Assembly (NCBI GenBank): GCA_973895155.1
Contig: OZ316891.1
Coordinates: forward strand, 26,101,899-26,165,898
DNA length: 64,000 nt
DNA from: Marsupella aquatica
Taxonomy: Eukaryota > Plantae > Marchantiophyta
Direction of reading: 5' to 3'
Position 1 is the first letter of the stretch. The number at the start of each line of letters is the position of its first letter. The position numbers were made by a program, and so were the translations under genes. This document shows, in pieces, positions 63,431 through 64,000 of this stretch. Below the pieces are notes generated by a model that saw nothing but the letters and a program-made list of their open reading frames with translations, was not told the origin of the DNA and did not search any database.

Positions 63431-64000
63431 ATGCTAGATCAACCGGAGTTTAGTGCGGCACGCGTTCGGAGATACAAGGCTGCTTACCGTGACTACATTG
63501 AGACATTGATTGCAAGAGAGAGAGAAGAGAGAAAAGCTACGATGAGTATTGGGCTGGCGGCAAGTTCCACACCAGTGAGTAGGAGCGTTTTTCGTCGAAT
63601 TTATCCCAAAACCTCCACCAAGGTGATGGAGGATTGTAGGAATATTTTTCAAGCCACCGGGCTCACGGAGTTCATGAAGGTGGAGATTACAATCCCTTCG
63701 GGGAAGAGTTGGAACATTGAGGCCGGGATGGAGTTACGTACGGAAGGAATCTACTTTTAATGTCTCTAGCGGGTAGTGCCCCATGTGGAGTTAGCTAAGC
63801 TTCTATTCCTGGAGAACCAGCAATTCTCATTCACACCTCGGAACATAAGGGGAGAGCTCACGTTGACAATGGTGGCCGGTTGGGTGATTAATCCCACCTC
63901 CACTACTTCCATTCCTCTTTCCGCCGTAAAGGATGCTGAGCACAAGGGATTTCTGGCCAAGGTTCATGAACGGGTCCTTGGTAACGTGCAATCTGGGGTG
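63431..64000 (+). pseudogene. Unidentified, probably TE-associated ORF with two in-frame stops; runs off the window
   Basis: The frame of ORF 63431..63760 continues past TAA 63758 and TAG 63767 without a further stop to 64000; no family recognised. Confidence 0.4.

Overview
Eukaryotic land-plant nuclear DNA with GT-AG introns. The repeat families and gene content suggest a non-seed plant such as a bryophyte (inference). Three intact host genes lie in the first ~19 kb: a 4-exon bacterial-like Cys/Met-metabolism PLP enzyme (+), a 7-exon D27-family beta-carotene isomerase (-) and an ABC1K10-type atypical kinase (-). The rest is mostly transposon-derived: a nearly intact L1 LINE 3' half (1-3701), two related non-autonomous Helitron-like elements (one with a nested, TSD-flanked LINE), a CRE-clade restriction-like-endonuclease retrotransposon preceded by 186-bp tandem repeats, decayed remnants and several minisatellites. 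The most striking structure is a ~9.3-kb CACTA-type element (53273 to ~62611). In tandem upstream of a truncated transposase it carries a stand-alone EDM2-type composite PHD histone-reader ORF, a Pol-lambda-like tandem BRCT ORF and an F-box ORF. This is a candidate transposon-borne chromatin/repair/ubiquitin accessory cassette. All family calls come from motif recognition by eye; no database search was run.
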